From contig NC_068988.1 of the NCBI RefSeq assembly GCF_001194135.2, positions 91,446,225 through 91,509,948 of the forward strand: DNA of 63,724 nucleotides. Direction: 5' to 3'. The stretch comes from Octopus bimaculoides (lineage: Eukaryota). The notes beneath the pieces were generated by a model. That model had not been told where the DNA came from. It did not search any database and saw only the letters and a program-made list of their open reading frames with translations. Shown here piece by piece: positions 25,985 through 39,190 of this stretch; the first letter of the stretch is position 1, and every line of letters starts with the position of its first letter. A program made the position numbers and the translations under genes.

Positions 25985-27662
25985 TGCTACATTCCTGGTA
26001 AGGCAGCTACAGGAGAAGCACTAAGCCAAAAATAAACCCCCTGTACTTGGCTTTTGTTGACGTGGAGAAAGCCTTCGACAGAGTCCCCTGCTCCCTTATC
26101 TGGTGGTCACTGCGGAAACTAGGGATAGATGAGTGGTTGGTGCGAGCTGTACAAGGATGCTGTCAGTAAGGTGAGAGTCAGCAATGAGTATAGCGATGAA
26201 TTCAGGATACAAGAAGAGGTGTACCAAGGATCGGTCCTCAGCACCCTCTTGTTCATCATAGTCCTTCAGGCAATAATGGAGGAATTTAAGTTAGGCTGCC
26301 CCTGGGAACTCCTCTATGCTGATGACCTTGTTCTTATAGCTGATTCGCTACCAGAACTAGAGAAGAAATTCCAGATGTAGAAGCAAGATCTAGAATCAAA
26401 GGGCCTTGGTGTTAATTTAACACAAACCAAAGTCTTAGTAAGTAGGAAAGTGGATAAGTCACAAATCCTTTCAGGGGGATAACCTTGCTGAATATGTAGA
26501 AAAACCATAGGTAGAAACCCCATAAGATGTGCCAGGTGTAAGCTATGGACACATAAAAGGTGTAGCAATATCAGAGGAAGGTTAACAAGAAAAATAGTCT
26601 TTGTGTAGCAGATGCACAGGTACAATAAACACTAGAGATGTAAAGAAAATAGACTCCATCAAATGCCAGTGGGGATACCTATAAGTAGTTGATAGCTTTC
26701 ATTATCTAGGTGACCAAGTCAGCAGTGGAGGTTGATGCTCCAAGACTGTAGCTGCTAGAATAAGAATAGGCTGAGCAAAGTTCAGAGAGTTTCTACCTTT
26801 GTTAATAACAAAGGGGCCTCTCCCTCAGAATAAAAGGCAGACTGTATGTTGCCTGTGTGCGAACAGCCAAGCTCCATGGCAGTGAAATGTGGGCTGTGAA
26901 AAAAATGAAGCTAGTATGCTTCGCTGGATGTGCAATGTCAGTGTGCATGAGCAATAGAGCATGTCTTGAGAGAAAAAACTGGGCATAAGAGGCATCAAAT
27001 GTGATGTGCAAGAGAGACGAATGTGCTGGTATGGTCATGTGATGCATATGGATGAGAACAGCTGTGCAAAGAAGTGCTGATCTTTAACTGTGGCGGGAAC
27101 TTGTGGAAGAGGTAGACTCAAGAAGACATAAGATGAGGTGGTCAAGCATGATCTTTGAACGTTGGGCCTAACGGAGGCGATGATGAATGACTGAGACATT
27201 TGGTGATATGCTGTGCTTAAAAAAACTCATCAAGCTAAGTGAAATCATAGTTGTGGCCATTGCTGGTGTCATGTAAAAGGCGCTTGTGAAATCGTAATCA
27301 TGGCCATTGCTGGTAGCATGATCTTCAAATGGTGGACCTCACAGAGATGATGACAAGTGACTAAGACCTTGACAATATGCTGTGCTTGAGAAGACTCATC
27401 AAGCCAAGTGAAACTGTAGTCATGGCTGTTGCCAGTATTATATAAATGGCACCCATGAAATTGTAGTTGTGGCTGTTGCTGGTGCATGTAAAAAGCACCC
27501 ATTACACTCTTCAAGTGGTTGGTGTTAGAAAGGGCATCCAGCTGTAGAAACCATGCCAAATCAGACTGAAACCTGGTGTAGCTCTCCAGCTTACTAGTTC
27601 CAGTTAAACCATCTAACCCATGCCAGCATGGAAGGCAGACATTTGATGATGATGATGATGAT
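25985..27662 (+). mobile_element. 5'-truncated RTE-clade LINE (RT to 3' UTR and (GAT)n tail), with multiple stops
   Basis: Reads LVRQLQEK, LAFVDVEKAFDRVP, and YQGSVLSTLLFIIVL...CPWELLYADDLVL. The 3' end is CATGGAAGGCAGACATTTGATGATGATG. Confidence 0.92.
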
Positions 27663-27912
27663 ACACACACATACACATACTCATACATACAGAAGGATGA
27701 GTATAAGTAAAACTGTTACATCACTTTCATTTTTTTACCTATCAGTTAAACTTACCAATTCAATAAATAGAGTTTAATGTAATAAGTACAAAAGCAAAAT
27801 ATGATGGACTAAAACCTTTGAAGATGTTGCCCCAGCATGCTTCAGTCCAGTGGTAGAAATCAGTAAAAGTGTAAAAAGAGTATTCTTCTTGATCATGTCA
27901 TTTCATCTGTAG

Positions 27913-28229
27913 GGGTCAACATCTTGAGATCTACTTTGAAAATGTCCAGTCAATAATGCAGAGAAGTGTAAACTTGTTTTTGTATTCCCACCAGTTCTGG
28001 AATATTCTCAAAAGCAACAACATGAGAATATGAATATTTGTTTGTATTATGTTTGTATTAACAATATCAGGGCAAGTCAACTAATATGACATGCTACAGA
28101 TCACCTAGCTGTGAGGAATAGGTATCTATTGTCTTGTTTAACCTCATATCAGCCTTGATTGGGTACAGATATATTATCTAAGACATTCTAATTGTAACCA
28201 CCTGCTCTTATTTATATTGAATTAAACTA

Positions 28230-28264
<35 letters not shown>

Positions 28265-29173
28265 AGATAGATGGGTGTAATTTGAGAACAATCTGTCTGC
28301 TAACAAATTGAACGACTCCATAGAGGCTTTCTCATAAAATTAATAAATTCCAGAATGTTCTACATCTGAAAATGTTACCTATCTAACAGAGAGATTATCT
28401 TTTGCCTATTTACTTTCTCCAGGGCCTTTAGACATGTATTTACAGTTATTTCATAATACAAACAAATGTTCATGTTGCTTTTGAGAATATTCCAGAACTT
28501 ATGCTCTCAAAACCAATGTATAGTATATTTCCCTTTACAAGTTTTACATTGAGCTGGTTTTCATTTCATTTGATATGAATGCATGTTCTTGGTTTGTCAT
28601 TCTAGGGAAAATAGGCATTTAATGACAATCAGTTCTATTTTTGTTATTCAGTGTTTGTGAATTTCTACAAATAATAGCTGTTGCTTATAACTTTACTTTG
28701 TGTAAATTGATGAACCACTGAGGAATCAACTACAGGGTTTTTGTATGCCATCAATTACCAGCATTTGTCAATTACTTGAGAATCATACATCTTTAGTTTA
28801 TGATTTCAGCCAATTCTGTCATGAGATGGAATTCTGTCATGATTGAGTTACCAGTGCCTGAATGAGAGACAGACAGAAAAGCCTTGATATTTATATAAAA
28901 CGTACTAGTGTGAACATGCTATCTTTAAGATGGCACAATTTGCATTGATTCCATATCATTGTAACATATATTCGTATAGTGTATATTCATAAATATACAT
29001 ATGACATGCATGTGTGAAAAATACTGGCAAGACATGCAACATGGATGAAGGTCAAACCTCAGTAATTGAAAACATAAAGAAGGGTAATAAGATGAAATGC
29101 AATTATGTAGAAAGAATGGGCATTTATAAAGTAATGAAAAATTACTGCTTAAATGCTGCCAATTAATTTATAT

Positions 29174-29212
<39 letters not shown>

Positions 29213-29995
29213 TGCATTTTTAATGCAGTTAGTATTTATTACTAAATACATTATCATCATATATACTTTTATCCTATCTTTGTTTATGTATAGTGAAAAA
29301 CTATGCCCAACTCATTAATATTATTGTCACACTTTTGATGCAAACCAAACGAAAGAAGTATATTGTTTGTTTATATATAACATGCAGTTATATAATCAGA
29401 CATTGTTAGATACAAAATGAAAGTGAGGTGAAGCAAGCCAATATGTAGATATTTAATAGCAATATTATTGGTATTAAAGAAACAAGAAGAAAGCACACTG
29501 TTAATGATAATAAATATGTAGGAAAAAAACAATGAAAATTTTTGAATGGCTTATATCACACACAATTAACAAATGAAGTTGTAGAGATATTTGAACCTAC
29601 AGTGTTTTTCCTAGTAGATATTCAAATGAGAAGTTACTTGTGTTTGCAATTGTGCATAAGCTGTAGTCTAGTCATGAACACTTCACTCTGGTGGGGACAG
29701 TATAAAATAGGTCACAGCATATCATTGCACACGCATTACCAAAAATGATATGTATTTTTTTTAAATAGTATTGAAGATACAATTGCTCACTCAACTTTAA
29801 TAATGCTTTCATATCTCATATTACAGATGCATGTTAGAAGTACATATCTATTATTTTCAGGGAATTTTCCAGAAAACATTGCAGTATCAGACATGTTTAA
29901 AGCAGCTAACTCATGTATTTTCCTGGTTACTGGGTGAACTAGAAGAAAACCCTTCTGTTATTCCAGACTTGACATCACAAGGAATTCTTGATCTG
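27913..29995 (+). pseudogene. MEI1: MEI1 relic blocks about aa 497-640 (27913-28071, 28606-28660, 29861-29995)
   Basis: GQHLEIYFENVQSIMQ, then LEYSQKQQHEN (vs IEFQSEPSAQEN) in a different frame. HLMTISSIFVI vs ALMEVFLSILHNLFVI. A 45-codon block GIFQKTLQYQTCLKQLTHVFSWLL (vs SFIRLTLELK..LNQVCSNFLYYM) ends at CTG|ATAAGC instead of GTAAGC. Confidence 0.6.
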
Positions 29996-30426
29996 ATAAG
30001 CCATAAAACTATTTTTCTTATTAAATAACATATTTTCAAAAATTTCTGTAATATTATCCTGTGTGTTGTTCATTCTCTTTCCAATGAGCCTTTGCAGCAT
30101 AAATGAAGTGAATTTTATTCAAGAGTCAATCAAAATCTGCTTGTAAACTTGGTTTACTAAGGAATTACAGCATTAATGGGAAATTAGTTAACAAATTTAG
30201 TTGTGATTTGAAATAAAATTTTAGCTACTCCATGAACTGGCAAGTTATCTACTAATTTTCTTTCTGACTCTTATTAAGAGATTATTTTATTGGAGTAAAA
30301 ATATATTTTTATTAGATGCTGATTAAATATGGGATCTAGACTTGTGAAAAAAGACACTCATCAAATAATTTAATCTCTTCAACTTCATATTTACTATAAG
30401 TTGTATGTTTTCCTTATATTTTCATA

Positions 30427-32526
30427 CTAGCAGTATAACCCGACCTTGTCCAGGTGTGACTTATTACGCCATCTACGATAAGTCTTGCTAGGTGAAAATC
30501 AACTAAAAAAGAAAGCCTTACAATGAAAAAACCCTTATGATGTAAATATGTTCATAATTCAAAAGACGATGAAATTAATAGGGAAAGTCTGAAGGCTGTT
30601 TTGCGTAAAATTATTAAGTGTACGTAAATTTCATCCGTCTAATTGGCTATAAAAATGCTTGTGCAAAACAACTTTTTGCGCTGCCCTGATTATACATAGC
30701 AGGGTAATCCCTTTTCACAGGAGCTAGGATGGNNNNNNNNNNNNNNNNNNNNNNNNNNNNNNNNNNNNNNNNNNNNNNNNNNNNNNNNNNNNNNNNNNNN
30801 NNNNNNNNNNNNNNNNNNNNNNNNNNNNNNNNNNNNNNNNNNNNNNNNNNNNNNNNNNNNNNNNNNNNNNNNNNNNNNNNNNNNNNNNNNNNNNNNNNNN
30901 NNNNNNNNNNNNNNNNNNNNNNNNNNNNNNNNNNNNNNNNNNNNNNNNNNNNNNNNNNNNNNNNNNNNNNNNNNNNNNNNNNNNNNNNNNNNNNNNNNNN
31001 NNNNNNNNNNNNNNNNNNNNNNNNNNNNNNNNNNNNNNNNNNNNNNNNNNNNNNNNNNNNNNNNNNNNNNNNNNNNNNNNNNNNNNNNNNNNNNNNNNNN
31101 NNNNNNNNNNNNNNNNNNNNNNNNNNNNNNNNNNNNNNNNNNNNNNNNNNNNNNNNNNNNNNNNNNNNNNNNNNNNNNNNNNNNNNNNNNNNNNNNNNNN
31201 NNNNNNNNNNNNNNNNNNNNNNNNNNNNNNNNNNNNNNNNNNNNNNNNNNNNNNNNNNNNNNNNNNNNNNNNNNNNNNNNNNNNNNNNNNNNNNNNNNNN
31301 NNNNNNNNNNNNNNNNNNNNNNNNNNNNNNNNNNNNNNNNNNNNNNNNNNNNNNNNNNNNNNNNNNNNNNNNNNNNNNNNNNNNNNNNNNNNNNNNNNNN
31401 NNNNNNNNNNNNNNNNNNNNNNNNNNNNNNNNNNNNNNNNNNNNNNNNNNNNNTTGACGAACATGAGTTATATTTTACTGAATGATTGTGTATTTGCACG
31501 TGTATGCGTTTGAGAGAGCGAGAGAGGAAGAGGTAGAGAGAGGGGGAGAAAGGAATAGAAGTAGTTAAAAGTTTTCTTATGACGGCTTCTCTTCACTGCC
31601 TATTACTTCATTAGAAATCTATGGATGCACATACACACATAATAGAGAAAAATGAAACAAATATGGACGACTTGCTCCAAAACACCACCGAGTGGGGAAC
31701 ACTTCTCAAAAATAACCTGCAGTTGTTTCCTTCAAAATTCCTACATGCTCGAAATGTACATACATCAAGGTATATTTGTAGAAAACTTCATGAAAAAATA
31801 TTCATTTTCTTGGAAGTTAAGAGGAATTTTCCCCTACCCCCTCCCAAAACACTTTCACCGAAAATGTTTGTATATTCGGAATCTACATAATAGATAATAT
31901 ATGCATAGAAAATTTCATATAAAAATATTCATTTTTCTGAAAGTTATGACCTTCCAATGTCGGTGGGTACAACTCTGTAGTTATGCCACATTGACGAACA
32001 TGAGTTATATGTGTGTGAATGATTGTGTTTACTTGCACGTGTATGCATTTGAGAGAGCAAGAGAGGAAGAGGGAGAGAAAGGAATAGAGAATGTGAGCAA
32101 TGTGTATGTTGTTGTCACAGATCACATGTGTATGGTTGTGTGTGTTTTTACGTATCAATGTTATGAAAAATAGGTAAAGAATACTGAGAGGAAAGTTTAA
32201 TCTATGACTTTGTTTGTATCACTTTCTCTCTCTCTCTCTCTCTCCATCTTTTACTCTTGCTCTCTATATTATATGTTGAGCACGTGTGTAAGAACGCCGT
32301 TCCAGGTAGAAGGGAAGAAATATAAAAGTTGCTAGAAACAACAGCTAAATCTCCCTTAAATCACACAAAGTAAACGGAATTTAAAAAATCTAATTACTGC
32401 ACTGGAAAGTTCACATCGAGAAAATTCCATTGATGTAATTTTTACGAAAAAGTGGAAAATGTGGATTTCTATACACTTTTAAAAAGGCTTCACACAAACA
32501 CACAATTTCAGCCTTATATATTAAGA
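30427..32526 (-). mobile_element. Non-autonomous Helitron with internal duplications (gap 30733-31453)
   Basis: The minus strand starts A|TCTTAATATATAAGG and ends with a degenerate GC hairpin (CCTGGACAAGGTCGGG) then CTAG|T, fitting the Helitron A-T target and TC/CTAG termini. Confidence 0.75.
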
Positions 32527-33877
32527 TAGAGAGTCACTATTGATCTAGCAATCCTATTTTATTCTCTTTCTGCTTTCTTTCTATCATCTCCAGAACTGCA
32601 ACTCTTTATCTATAGTCTCCATACAGCCGTCAACCTATGTCAACATCACCACTTTGAGACAGTCTTGCAAGCTTACTAAACTCTTACTAGGACTAAATAG
32701 GGATTTACATCTCAGTATCTAAGATTTGGACAACTTAAGAAATTTTTTTTCATTTATCACATTAAGATAAATAGGAGCATTAATTATTGAAGTATACAAC
32801 CATGAATGATAAATTGTACAAATTTGAGAGGAGATGACCAGATCTAAAGTCAAGGAACTCATATATTATTACTGTCCAAAAAGAAAGATAGGAAAAACAA
32901 ATTCCTTGGTTGACCAAGCTAGAATACAGAGGGATTGACTTAACCCTCCTTTGTTAGACAAATCTCTAAAACATGCAAGTATATGGAATGGAGTGAAGGT
33001 CATATGTGAATAGAAAGGAAAATAGTAGAGGAATTATTTTTTTTATCAAAAATGTATTATCTGATTACATTACATACTTAATTATCATCTCATATTACAT
33101 TGTCATATCTTTTTCATTTATTAACCAATATCATTTCTCTTGCATACATTAACTAATATCATATCCCCTATGTACATTAGCCAAAATGCTAAATATTCAT
33201 TTATTATTTCAATCATATTGTGTACATATCACATATGGTCCTCTACGTTCGTTGTATGTTTCATTCATGTATCTTATACACACCTCATATACTTCTTAAA
33301 AGAGAAATTATTTGCTGTCTGCCATTGGTTCATGAGCAGTTCATTATATAGCATGAATGAAAAGAAGCTACTTTAGCTTCTTCAAAAGATGGCTTCTAGA
33401 AGTAATGCGTCATTATTGTTTATATTCTCTCCAGTCATATGAAAGATTGATCAAAACATATCACTGTAATAATAATCTTCCTTACTCTTTAAAATGAGTG
33501 AACCTAAACAAATTGATATTGTATAAATTGTGACTAAGAAGTAAACCACTTTGAAACTGAGTTTGCAATCCTATTTTGAACTTTAATCATGGATATTTCA
33601 CTTCTTTATATCAATAATGATTTAGAGTAGATATCACAAAAAAATTGCCACTCATCCACAGACAGAAGGATTGCCTGTTCATAAGTAGTGATGATTACAT
33701 AGAAGATACAAGCATTTGATGGTTGACTTTGTTTTCTTTCATTATTATATTTTATTGTTTGGTATTCATGGCACTTTGGATGGAAAAGATTGTGTATATT
33801 GAGATATTTAAGTATTGTTGGATTGTTTTGTTTTTATATATATATATGCTGATGCTCTTCATATTACTATCAAAACA

Positions 33878-34108
33878 AAGGCGGTGAGCTGTCAAAATCA
33901 TTAGCATACCGGACAGAATGCTTAGCAGCATTTCTTCCACTAAGTGTATTGTCTGGCTTTACATTCTGCATTCAAATTCCACCAAGATTGATTTGGCCTT
34001 TCATCTATTTGGGGGTCATCAAAATAAATACTAGTTGAACACTGAATTGATGCAATCAACTAAAACCCATCCTTTAAAATTGCTGGCCTTGTGCCAAAAT
34101 TTGAAACA
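33878..34108 (+). mobile_element. Diverged tRNA SINE (same family as 43827)
   Basis: AAGGCGGTGAGCTG...GCCTTTCATCTATTTGGGG...GCCAAAATTTGAAAC. Confidence 0.8.
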
Positions 34109-35969
34109 ATAGTACTGTCAATACAATTGTGAAGTAAGAGGAGAATTAACTTTCTGGTAACTGGATTTTGACAATGACTGTAATAAGATTGTGAAATCAA
34201 GGCTGTGTGATCAATCATTCAGTACATTAACCTCAGTTTTAACTACATGTTTCATAAAGAAAGAAATAGTTAATCCTCAATGTCAATGTATAATAATGTT
34301 TTTATTTCAATTTTAATGTTCAGATTGTATTACAATTTTTCTTGAACTGTCTGAGGAGCAAAAGCTGAATCCTTTATCTTTGCCAGTATTTGAACATATT
34401 TTGGAGATTGTAATTGTAAGTATCTTTGAAGTGAATTTTGTTTGTATCAGCCAGTTATTGACACTTGAAATATACAGTGTAATTCCGTTAAAGAATTTCA
34501 TTTTGTTTATTTGATTATAGTGAATTACTTTTGAAGAGTATGTATATATGTAACACTTTTGTAGTTTGTGCATATATTTTGTAGTTTGTTCACTGTGTTG
34601 GCAACTTTTTATATTGGGCCTTGTTTTACATGCTACAGAAATGTAAACAGAACTCTGGCAAGATTTGAACTCACTGAACATTTCATAATTCATTCATCTT
34701 TTCTACCCACTTCATACATACTGGACATTTTGTTCAAGGAAAATATTTTAAGAATTTAAAGAATAGATGGCAATTTTAGAGAATATTTAGACAATATTAC
34801 AGTTTTTCTCTGTGGAATATGGCATAACTTATTATAATTTATTATGTGTGGGCTTGTTCAAACATCAAGTAACAAATTGTGACCAAGTGAGTCACCAATT
34901 TTTGGACATTAAAGGATTGTCTATAGGGATAACAACAAAAATGAGTTATGTAAAATTGTTCTTTTTTATTTCCTATATATCAACAAAGAATAGTCCTCTT
35001 CCAGTCTCATTGGTAAACTAACTATGATAATTGTGCAGCACTTTACTTATGGCTACAAATTTCTGCATATGACATAACAGATCTTAATTCATATCAATCA
35101 TGACAAGTTTATTTACATGTGTTTGTGAGAATACTTACTTTCATGTTCTACAAAGTCAATTGTGTAATGTGTCACAGAAGTGTATATACAAATTTTCTTG
35201 TGTTGCAATTCAATAGTATTTTACAATTGTGTGCAAGCAGATAAATTGTTATCAGTGAAGAGAAAAATCGGATAATATGCATATATTTAAACTGGTAGAA
35301 ATTATTCTGCTGAGGCTAGACCAAGGCTAACATTTCACTAGGAGAGGGAGAGAGAGAAAGAGGAAGACAGTAGTTTATTTCTCTTCAAATACCACAATGT
35401 GACTCAATAGATTATCAGTAAAATAACAGTAAACTATTTCTTTTACATGAAGCCACTCTATATATATATATAAAAATTTTGAAGATTATTTGAGGTTAAA
35501 ACTCAAGTTTATAGAAATACATAATGAGGAACTAGATTGTTGCGATTTCAAATCCCTTTAGGCTCTTAATAGGTCAGCTACACTTTTAATATACCCTCTG
35601 AGTCGAGAATCAAACGTTTTGTTGATATTGTCAGATCATTGCATACATTTTATTATGCACATTACAGAATGTCTATTCACATACAATTTACTTTCAAAAA
35701 CCTATGACATATATTGTATAACCTGAAGTGAGTCTGAGGGGACAGAAAATTACGATAGTTTTTTCCTGGCCACATGTAATTAAAATTCATTGATATATTT
35801 GACACCTCTTTGCTGAAGGTTTTTTTTTTATGTTTGAAAAATATGCTTTTACTTTATAAAAGCTTAATTTTCATTTAGGGAAGGACTAACAAGGAAAATT
35901 AAAGGATATATTTGCCAGGAATGTGACTAGAAGTGAATCCTAAGATTCAGTCTCCAGTGATGCATCAGA

Positions 35970-36080
35970 GATGATGATAGTAGTAGTAGTAGTGGCAGCA
36001 ACAGTGGTGGTGGTGGTAGTGGTTGCGGTGGCGGCGGCAGCAGCAGTAGCAGCAGCAGCAGCAATAGTCATAGTAGGAAC
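35970..36080. repeat. Compound trinucleotide microsatellite (GAT/AGT/GGT/GGC/AGC)
   Basis: Directly visible run of drifting triplet units, with no flanking splice signals or ORF support. Confidence 0.85.
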
Positions 36081-36521
36081 AACATCAATAATATAATGAT
36101 GGTGTTAATGTGTACATATGTAATTGAAGCCTCCTTCCTATCACCCTCCGTGTAAGTAAGCCAAAACTCACATTGTCTCTCTGAAGGTAAACAATGAACT
36201 AACAAGCCTGTTACTTCAGCTATCCACTCTGAGGATATCTAACTGAAACTGTAAGACAACCAGAAAGGGGAGGGTGAAGTGTTCATTGGCAGATACATTT
36301 GTTAAACAGAGAGCTGACATATGGGCTGGCTACTCAACTTGCTGAAAATAGCAATCAAAACTCTTGATAAATTCTACTCTATAGTTTTAAATAAAGGCTA
36401 TATTGAACAATTGTTCTTGATATACAGTTTTATTTAACTTCAACTTATATGGGAAAACAACAACAAAGTTTACTTCAAACCGAAAAAGCAAGGTCTTTGT
36501 GTAGATGTTTGACCTGATAGA

Positions 36522-36876
36522 TCATCATCATCATCATCATCGTTTAACGTCCGCTTTCCATGCTAGCATGGGTTGGACGATTTGACTGAGGACTGGTGAA
36601 ACCGGATGGCAACACCAGGCTCCAATCTAAATTTGGGAGAGTTTCTACAGCTGGATGCCCTTCCTAACGCCAACCACTCAGAGAGTGTAGTAGGTGCTTT
36701 TACGTGTCACCTGCACGAAGGCCAGTCGGGCGATACTGGCAATGGCCACGCTCGAAATGGTGTCTTTTATGTGCCACCCACACAAGCCAGTCCAGGGGCA
36801 CTGGCAACGACCTCGCTCGAAAATCCTACGAAGGCCAGTCAGGCGGTACTGGCAACGGCCACGCTCAAAATGGTGC
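36522..36876 (-). mobile_element. Young (GAT)n-tailed SINE with an internally repeated module
   Basis: CpG-rich copy. GAAGGCCAGTC..ACTGGCAA..GCCACGCTC.AAATGGTG occurs at both 36717 and 36830. Confidence 0.9.
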
Positions 36877-36989
36877 TAGACAAATTCCCTCAAATCAAAC
36901 TCTGCTGTCTTAAATTAGTGAAGGAAACATTAGAAAACGTAGTCTATATGTACAAACTAATAAGGACCCTAGGATTTGATTTTCTGCTA

Positions 36990-37812
36990 GTAATAATAAT
37001 ATCAAAAGTTTTGCAATATTTTGGTAACTTCTTAGCTTTACTCATCGAGTTACAACAAAAGCAGCCTAGCATTCAAAGTAGGGGCCATTGTATTGCCTCA
37101 TCTGAAGTCAACTTTCTGCCAGTTCTTTGATCCCACACTGATACCAGTTCTTGTCATTTGAAGAAAGAACTCTTTTACTAAAGCTTCCACCTCCACTTGG
37201 TCGGGAAATAAGCCATGGATTGGAGCAAGTAATAATCTGAGGGAGGTATTTTTCCACAATCTTAACATGCATAAGGGCCTGCTTCTGGAACCTGTCACCA
37301 AACATGGGTGTTTTGAACTCAAGGTGATGCTTTGTGTTTGGTGGAATTATGAGGAGATAATTCACTATGGTCAAACTATTGATACTCCAAACAGCTGAAG
37401 CAGATGTCTGCTCCTGTGTGGAAAAAATACCCAGCTTTGGTTAACAGAAAGCAAGCTCTTTTACAATAAGACAACACAAGACCTCACATCGCTCAAATGG
37501 TGCAGAATAAACTCCAGGAACGTGAGGGAATCGAACTGATGCCACACCCAGCATATAGTCCAGATGTATCTCCCTCAGATTTCAACTTGTTCCGATTTGT
37601 GGTTCACTTCTTGTGCTTGTGACACTTCGTCAACCGAGTGGAAGTGGAAACTTCAGTGGACAAGAAATGGGATCAAAGAATTGGCAGAAAGGTGGCTTCA
37701 GTTCATACAACATGATGGCCTCTACTTTGAATGCTAGGCTGCTTTTGTTGTTACTTGATGAATAAAGCAAGTAAGTTACCAAAATATTGCAGAACTTCTG
37801 ACTCAACACAAT
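36990..37812. mobile_element. Two mariner 3' halves joined head-to-head (36990-37340 minus; 37370-37812 plus)
   Basis: The + half encodes HPAYSPDVSPSDFNLF and GIKELAERW. The - half encodes CGIKELAES. Both end in CTACTTTGAATGCTAGGCTGCTTTTGTTG...AAGTTACCAAAATATTGCA pointing outward. Confidence 0.75.
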
Positions 37813-38490
37813 AACTCTTATTAATTTAAGTTTTAATAGTAGACACTCTTCACAACTAAGAATGATGACATGTCATAATAGATTATTATTATAAAAAGTT
37901 AAGCAATTAAATAATAATCTATTATTGAAGTATCATATTTATTCATTAGCAGTAGCATTATGCATTCACTATTCCATGATAGCATGGGTTGGATGGTTTT
38001 TCTGAGGCAGTGTTTTTCGGCTCGATGCCCTTCTTGTGACCACACTTTTAAGTCACATCTTATGACATGCAAGGATGTGGTGTAGCTATTTTGCCAAGAT
38101 TTACATAGCATTATTTTCAATATTGTCAATGCATATTGATGCTTTATAAGTTTGAAACTTGCGAGAGTCTACGTTGTATTTATCCTGGTTGATAGAACAA
38201 GTACCAGTATTATTTCCTTCCTTTACAAGAAAAGGTATAATTATTATTATACTTTAGTTACTACAATTTGTAGACTAAATTTATTAAATTATGAATAGCT
38301 GATGATAGAATTCTGTTCTCAGCATTTTGTACTAATCAGTTGTTTGTTATTGTGTGCATGTATGTACACAAAATAGACAGTATTTAGTCAGTTGATGAAA
38401 GTTCAGTGATTCTGAATGAAGGTGTTCAAAGATATCATATGCAATACACACACACACATACAAATGCAATGTTTCTATGTATGCATTGCA

Positions 38491-38524
<34 letters not shown>

Positions 38525-39190
38525 AATGTATAATATTAATGGTTTCTTATTAGGAAACCAATAGATTTTATACAGGGCTGCAATGAGAAGTGCTCAGAAT
38601 AACTGAGACAAGAGTAAAATATTAGTTAAAGAATAAAAAAGACTGGGTTAACGACTCAACATATCACACCCCCTCAATGAACATATATAAGAAATACAGC
38701 ATAATCTGTCAAACATAAGGAATAAGAAGAAATAACGCAAGAAGAAATAATAAATATATAAAAATATAGCATATAGTATAAAATTTTTNNNNNNNNNNNN
38801 NNNNNNNNNNNNNNNNNNNNNNNNNNNNNNNNNNNNNNNNNNNNNNNNNNNNNNNNNNNNNNNNNNNNNNNNNNNNNNNNNNNNNNNNNNNNNNNNNNNN
38901 NNNNNNNNNNNNNNNNNNNNNNNNNNNNNNNNNNNNNNNNNNNNNNNNNNNNNNNNNNNNNNNNNNNNNNNNNNNNNNNNNNNNNNNNNNNNNNNNNNNN
39001 NNNNNNNNNNNNNNNNNNNNNNNNNNNNNNNNNNNNNNNNNNNNNNNNNNNNNNNNNNNNNNNNNNNNNNNNNNNNNNNNNNNNNNNNNNNNNNNNNNNN
39101 NNNNNNNNNNNNNNNNNNNNNNNNNNNNNNNNNNNNNNNNNNNNNNNNNNNNNNNNNNNNNNNNNNNNNNNNNNNNNNNNNNNNNNNNNN

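Noticed and set aside
29900-29985. HVFSWLLGELEENPSVIPDLTSQG resembles MEI1 aa 64-87 ([24 protein letters not shown])
   Set aside because: It is out of order, and a better collinear match to that segment exists at 13672. Treated as chance or repeat-like similarity.
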